Below, piece after piece: positions 35,218-39,478 of a stretch of DNA of 39,478 nucleotides (positions are counted from its first letter, which is position 1; the number at the start of each line of letters is the position of its first letter). The position numbers and the translations under genes are program-made. The notes under the pieces are model-generated. The model searched no databases. It worked only from the letters and a program-made list of their open reading frames with translations, and was not told the origin of the DNA. The DNA comes from Nemertoderma westbladi. Its lineage: Eukaryota > Animalia > Xenacoelomorpha. The stretch covers positions 1 through 39,478 of the forward strand of contig JAUCBJ010006396.1 of NCBI GenBank assembly GCA_032718475.1. The letters are read 5' to 3'.

Positions 35218-35892
35218 TCTGTTTGAATACTCACACTACGGACATCTCTTTACTCTCTAAGACAATAGTTATTTATTATCGATGGTGATGGTATATCTAT
35301 TGATGGTACATATGTAGTCGATATATAGATAAATGCTATATTTACAGTATTACTGTAGTTGTAAATTATTATGCAAACATTTTTCGTAACTTGGCGAACT
35401 TGGTTATTACGTAGCTATCACCATGATTCACGCAATAAATTCAAAAGGAACGGAGTAGTTTACACTGACAAGTTATCATAACCAAAACAATAAGTTAGAC
35501 GAGTTAATGGCATATACGCAAGTCTTCATTTTAATTTATAGTAACCTTAATTAACACTATATTTATATCTATATAGGCCTATACTATCTACTGTATATAC
35601 TATCTATATAATACAATATCTTTACTTTTTAAAACATTTCTATATAAACAAAGATCCCATACAGAAAAAAAAGTAAGACCCCACACATTATGGAAATCTA
35701 AGATATCCCATATAGGTGGAAACTAAGACCTGGTGATATTGAAACTTCTGTAAAACCACCATGGAGACAAACTAAACTAAGAAAACTAGGACTACCATTG
35801 TGGAAAACTAAGACCCGTGATCGCGAACTCAACGTGTTACTCTCTCCTGTGGGGCGAGACACGTATGACGAGCCATCAGCGAACTGATATAA

Positions 35893-36255
35893 TTATACTA
35901 TGGCCGTTTTTCAAAAGTCTGTGTGTGTGTGTGTCGGAAGCCATAAATGTCGGAAGCCATAATCGAAGTTAATATCTTCAGCTAAATTGTATGGTTGAGT
36001 CATTTTGAACGGTCTCTCCATGGAAATTAATTGTTTAGCACCATACGATTAAAGTTATTTTGCACAGAAATTAGATATCTGGAATCCATGTACCCCATTC
36101 CATTATTTATAGTTTTTTATTTTTTCAAGTGATTTGCGTTAATAAATGTATTTTTAATTGATTTAAACATAATTAACATTGTAAATTCATACGCTGATTC
36201 CATTCTCCCCCATAGAGCCTAAGGCATGGCAAGGGCAGCCGTGCCCAATAATATT
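35893..36255 (+). mobile_element. DINE/Helentron-like non-autonomous element
   Basis: Short subterminal IR ctatgg/ccatag, (gt)n after the 5' end, and 3' stem-loop ggcatggc-aagggca-gccgtgcc. Confidence 0.45.
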
Positions 36256-36395
36256 TATTGAAGTTTTACATTACTAACATTACAAGCTAAAGTCTTTGAC
36301 CAAGCCAGTGCCTAGGCTAGTACACAAGGACATAGTAGTCCAGTAGAAGGAATAGTGCTCCTTCAATACATCTCAACAGACATCAATTCATTACT

Positions 36396-37066
36396 CTCTG
36401 ATCGGATGAGCATAAGCTCAAAGGATGGTATGCTTGAGCATGTGGACGACTTCTGTTACCTCGGATCATGGATCCGGAAGTCAGGTGAGGACCTTCGAAT
36501 ACGTAAGGGAAAGGCATGGGCAGCCTTGAATAGGCTTTACAGGTTTTGGAAGTCACCGAGAATTAATCGGAAACTTAAGGTCCGATTATTTAGAGCAGCA
36601 GTAGTTCCAGTACTCCTCTACGGGAGTCCATGCTGGGCTCTAACTGCTGAGGACACCAAATCTCTGGATGGCACATTCACAAGAATGCTACGCCGGGTTC
36701 ATTGTGTCAAGTACAATGCACACATCTCCAACCAGACACTATATAATATTGGAGGTGTCTCATTGGTTCCCCCAAGCTTGACACTAGAACAAAATCGCCT
36801 CCGCTTTGCAGGACATTGCTTTCGCCGTGAGGACCAGCCAGTGCATAATCTTGTACTTTGGCAGCCTCATGGCGTGAATAAGCATGGTGGACTGGACAGC
36901 CCATGACTTTCTTGAGACGCATCTTAAAGGACACTGGCCTTAAAAAATGCGGATGATCTAGCACATGTCATGGGTGATAGGGAGTTGTGGCGGTGCAATT
37001 TGTTGACAAGCCGGCACAGCATTCTTAAAAATGCAGCTGCAATGCAGCAAGCCGATCCTAGTAGTG
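36396..37066 (+). mobile_element. 3' fragment of the same RTE family, opposite orientation to 30037-31858
   Basis: ORF 36355-36906 is nearly identical to the C-terminal part of ORF 30084-31025; shared 3' end and tagtag tail. Confidence 0.93.
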
Positions 37067-37147
37067 GTTATTCAGTTATTGCATTATTAATAAATAAATG
37101 TTTTAAAATATATCTTACGAAATATGGTTATTAATTAAAACCTGTCG

Positions 37148-37400
37148 CTAACATTCTCGCTATGGGGGTTTTAAGGAGTGCTGATTGCATTTCTGATGTC
37201 AGTTTTCACGTTTACATACATCTAGTCTGTCTGTCTGTCGGTCATTCTGTCAGTCAGTCTGTCAAAACATAAAAGAGAATTCAAATTAACTAACATTCTC
37301 GCTATGGGGGTTTTAAGGGGTGCTGATTTCATTTCTGATGTCAGTTTTCAGGTTTACATAAATCTAGTCTGTCTGTCTGTCGGTCTCTCTGTCAGTCTGA
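37148..37400. repeat. Two tandem ~142-bp units with (gtct)n, Helitron/DINE-like
   Basis: ctaacattctcgctatgggggttttaagg.gtgctgatt...tctagtctgtctgtctgtcggtc at 37148 and 37290. Confidence 0.75.
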
Positions 37401-37578
37401 ACTACAACTGTACTGTGGTTGGCATTACGCCATATACCTAACACTAATAATACAGTCTACAATACAGCCTATCTACAGTACAGAATGGATTTTTTGCCAT
37501 GAAGAGCAATAAATGTCATTAATACTATCCACCAGTATACCTACTCCAAGAACCTTCCAATAAAACATGTATTCCAGC

Positions 37579-37650
37579 ATGACGTCCACTGCACATCTTC
37601 GTGCTGTTCATGGTGACGTGCAGTGGACGTCATAGGCTCTAAGGGGTTAA
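37579..37650. mobile_element. piggyBac-like right end with a 16-bp perfect inverted repeat
   Basis: atgacgtccactgcac (37579-94) / gtgcagtggacgtcat (37618-33), then aagggg-TTAA. Confidence 0.55.
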
Positions 37651-38024
37651 GCAACACGGTCCCTACTTCGCCCTGTCGACACCCCAGCCATTTTTCACCA
37701 ATCCTTTTTTAGAGTTTTTAAATTTTTTGGTATTGGTGAAAGTTCTACAACATTTGTAGATATGTTTTTTATGATAGCTAGTGTTTTTTTGCTAGCTAGT
37801 ATTTTTTAAAATTATAAAAAATGTGAAAGTCCATGATATTTCAGGTTAAACTGTTGAAGAATATATTAATGACCAAAATAATTTCTAAAAATTACTAGCT
37901 AGTAAAAAATACTAGCTATATACCATAAAAAATCTACTAAGGTTCTAGAACATTCAATAATATAAAAAAGCACTCAAAATCACAAAAAAATAAAGGTTAA
38001 AAAACTCATTCGGGACCCTTTTGC
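37651..38024. mobile_element. TTAA-flanked MITE with internal inverted arms
   Basis: TTAA at 37647-50 and 38025-28; TIR GCAACACGGTCCC vs GCAAAAGGGTCCC; 37725-37815 is mirrored by 37880-37968. Confidence 0.65.
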
Positions 38025-38535
38025 TTAAGGAGTCAAAATTGTAGAACAAATTCCCGAAGTTTGCGACGTTTGCGAAATTCGCGACGTTTGCGAAATTCGC
38101 GAAGAAACCATCAGTTTCTGTGCCCTAATGGGTTCGTGCCGAAACAATCAAATCTTACACACTTAACACACACGAACTAATTTAATGTGTGTATTAGTAT
38201 GCCTGAATAATTAAATAGAAATTAAATTAATGAACGCTATTTCAACATGAAATCTACGGAATCAATACACAACACACGCACACAACTGAATTTAAAAATT
38301 TATATAGATTGCAACTTATATTTGGCTACCTTTTAATGGGTGACTAATTTAATTATTCGCCCCTATATATTTGTAGCCTTTTTAATTTGTGCTTTTAATT
38401 GAATCAAACATTAAACTAAAATATATGTCACAATATTGATCTGTCTGTAGCTAGTCAATGAATCTCTCATAAATTTGTTAATTAGTCGCTGCTCAGTCAT
38501 TGAACATTTGAACACGTGCTGCTCGAAGACCCCAC

Positions 38536-39478
38536 AACGTGTAGTAGTGCCGTAGAGAAATGTATCAGTTTTAGAAAGACTCATCGTGTTACTCTCCTGT
38601 AGTAGTGCCGTAGGGAAATGTCTCAGTTTTATAAACACTCAACGTGTTACTCTCCTGTAGTAGTGCCGTAGAGAAATGTATCAGTTTTAGAAACACTCAA
38701 CGTGTTACTCTCCTGTAGTAGTGCCGCAGAGAAATGTCTCAGTTTTAGAAACACTCAACGTGTTACTCTCCTGTAGTAGTGCCGTAGAGAAATGTCTCAG
38801 TTTTAGAAACACTCAACGTGTTACTCTCCTGTAGTAGTGCCGTAGAGAAATGTCTCAGTTTTAGAAACACTCAACGTGTTACTCTCCTGTAGTAGTGCCG
38901 TAGAGAAATGTCTCAGTTTTAGAAACACTCAACGTGTTACTCTCCTGTAGTAGTGCCGTAGAGAAATGTCTCAGTTTTAGAAACACTCAACGTGTTACTC
39001 TCCTGTAGTAGTGCCGTAGAGAAATGTCTCAGTTTTAGAAACACTCAACGTGTTACTCTCCTGTAGTAGTGTCGTAGAGAAATGTATCAGTTTTAGAAAC
39101 ACTCAACGTGTTACTCTCCTGTAGTAGTGCCGTAGAGAAATGTCTCAGTTTTAGAAACACTCAACGTGTTACTCTCCTGTAGTAGTGCCGTAGAGAAATG
39201 TCTCAGTTTTATAAACACTCAACGTGTTACTCTCCTGTAGTAGTGCCGTAGAGAAATGTCTCAGTTTTAGAAACACTCAACGTGTTACTCTCCTGTAGTA
39301 GTGCCGTAGAGAAATGTCTCAGTTTTAGAAACACTCAACGTGTTACTCTCCTGTAGTAGTGCCGTAGAGAAATGTCTCAGTTTTATAAACACTCAACGTG
39401 TTACTCTCCTGTAGTAGTGCCGTAGAGAAATGTATCAGTTTTAGAAACACTCATCGTGTTACTCTCCTGTAGTAGTGT
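38536..39478. repeat. 58-bp tandem satellite, ~16 units, runs off the right edge
   Basis: Unit CACTCAACGTGTTACTCTCCTGTAGTAGTGCCGTAGAGAAATGTCTCAGTTTTAGAAA (aacgtg at 38641 and 38699); very homogeneous. Confidence 0.97.

Overview
AT-rich, repeat-dense eukaryotic DNA, most likely from an invertebrate animal (spliceosomal GT-AG introns, RTE-type LINEs, tRNA-derived SINE, piggyBac/CMC/foldback MITEs, satellites). Almost all ORF-track entries are repeat translations or LINE debris. The main finding is a head-to-head pair of paralogous spliced genes that the ORF track only half shows: gene A (minus, 27576-27376 + 27236-27108, 109 aa) and gene B (plus, 31875-32063 + 35101-35217, 101 aa). Each encodes a signal peptide, a propeptide ending in KR that resembles vitamin-K-dependent carboxylase propeptides (hydrophobic -15, A-10, L-6), and a 60-67 aa mature peptide with 8 Cys (C-C-CC-C-C-C-C) around a Gla-core-like motif (C-x4-C-x2-EE-x2-E...YW). 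I read them as candidate gamma-carboxylated secreted toxin/defence/matrix peptides; this is inference. Their upstream regions form an inverted duplication around a GATA-rich spacer. Gene B has an RTE LINE inserted 3 bp before its ATG, with a 13-bp TSD that duplicates the probable splice acceptor, and its intron holds a 36-bp satellite of about 70 cUUCGg hairpins. The rest of the window holds a 9.3-kb 32-bp satellite with a 2112-bp higher-order duplication, further satellites and nested non-autonomous DNA transposons.
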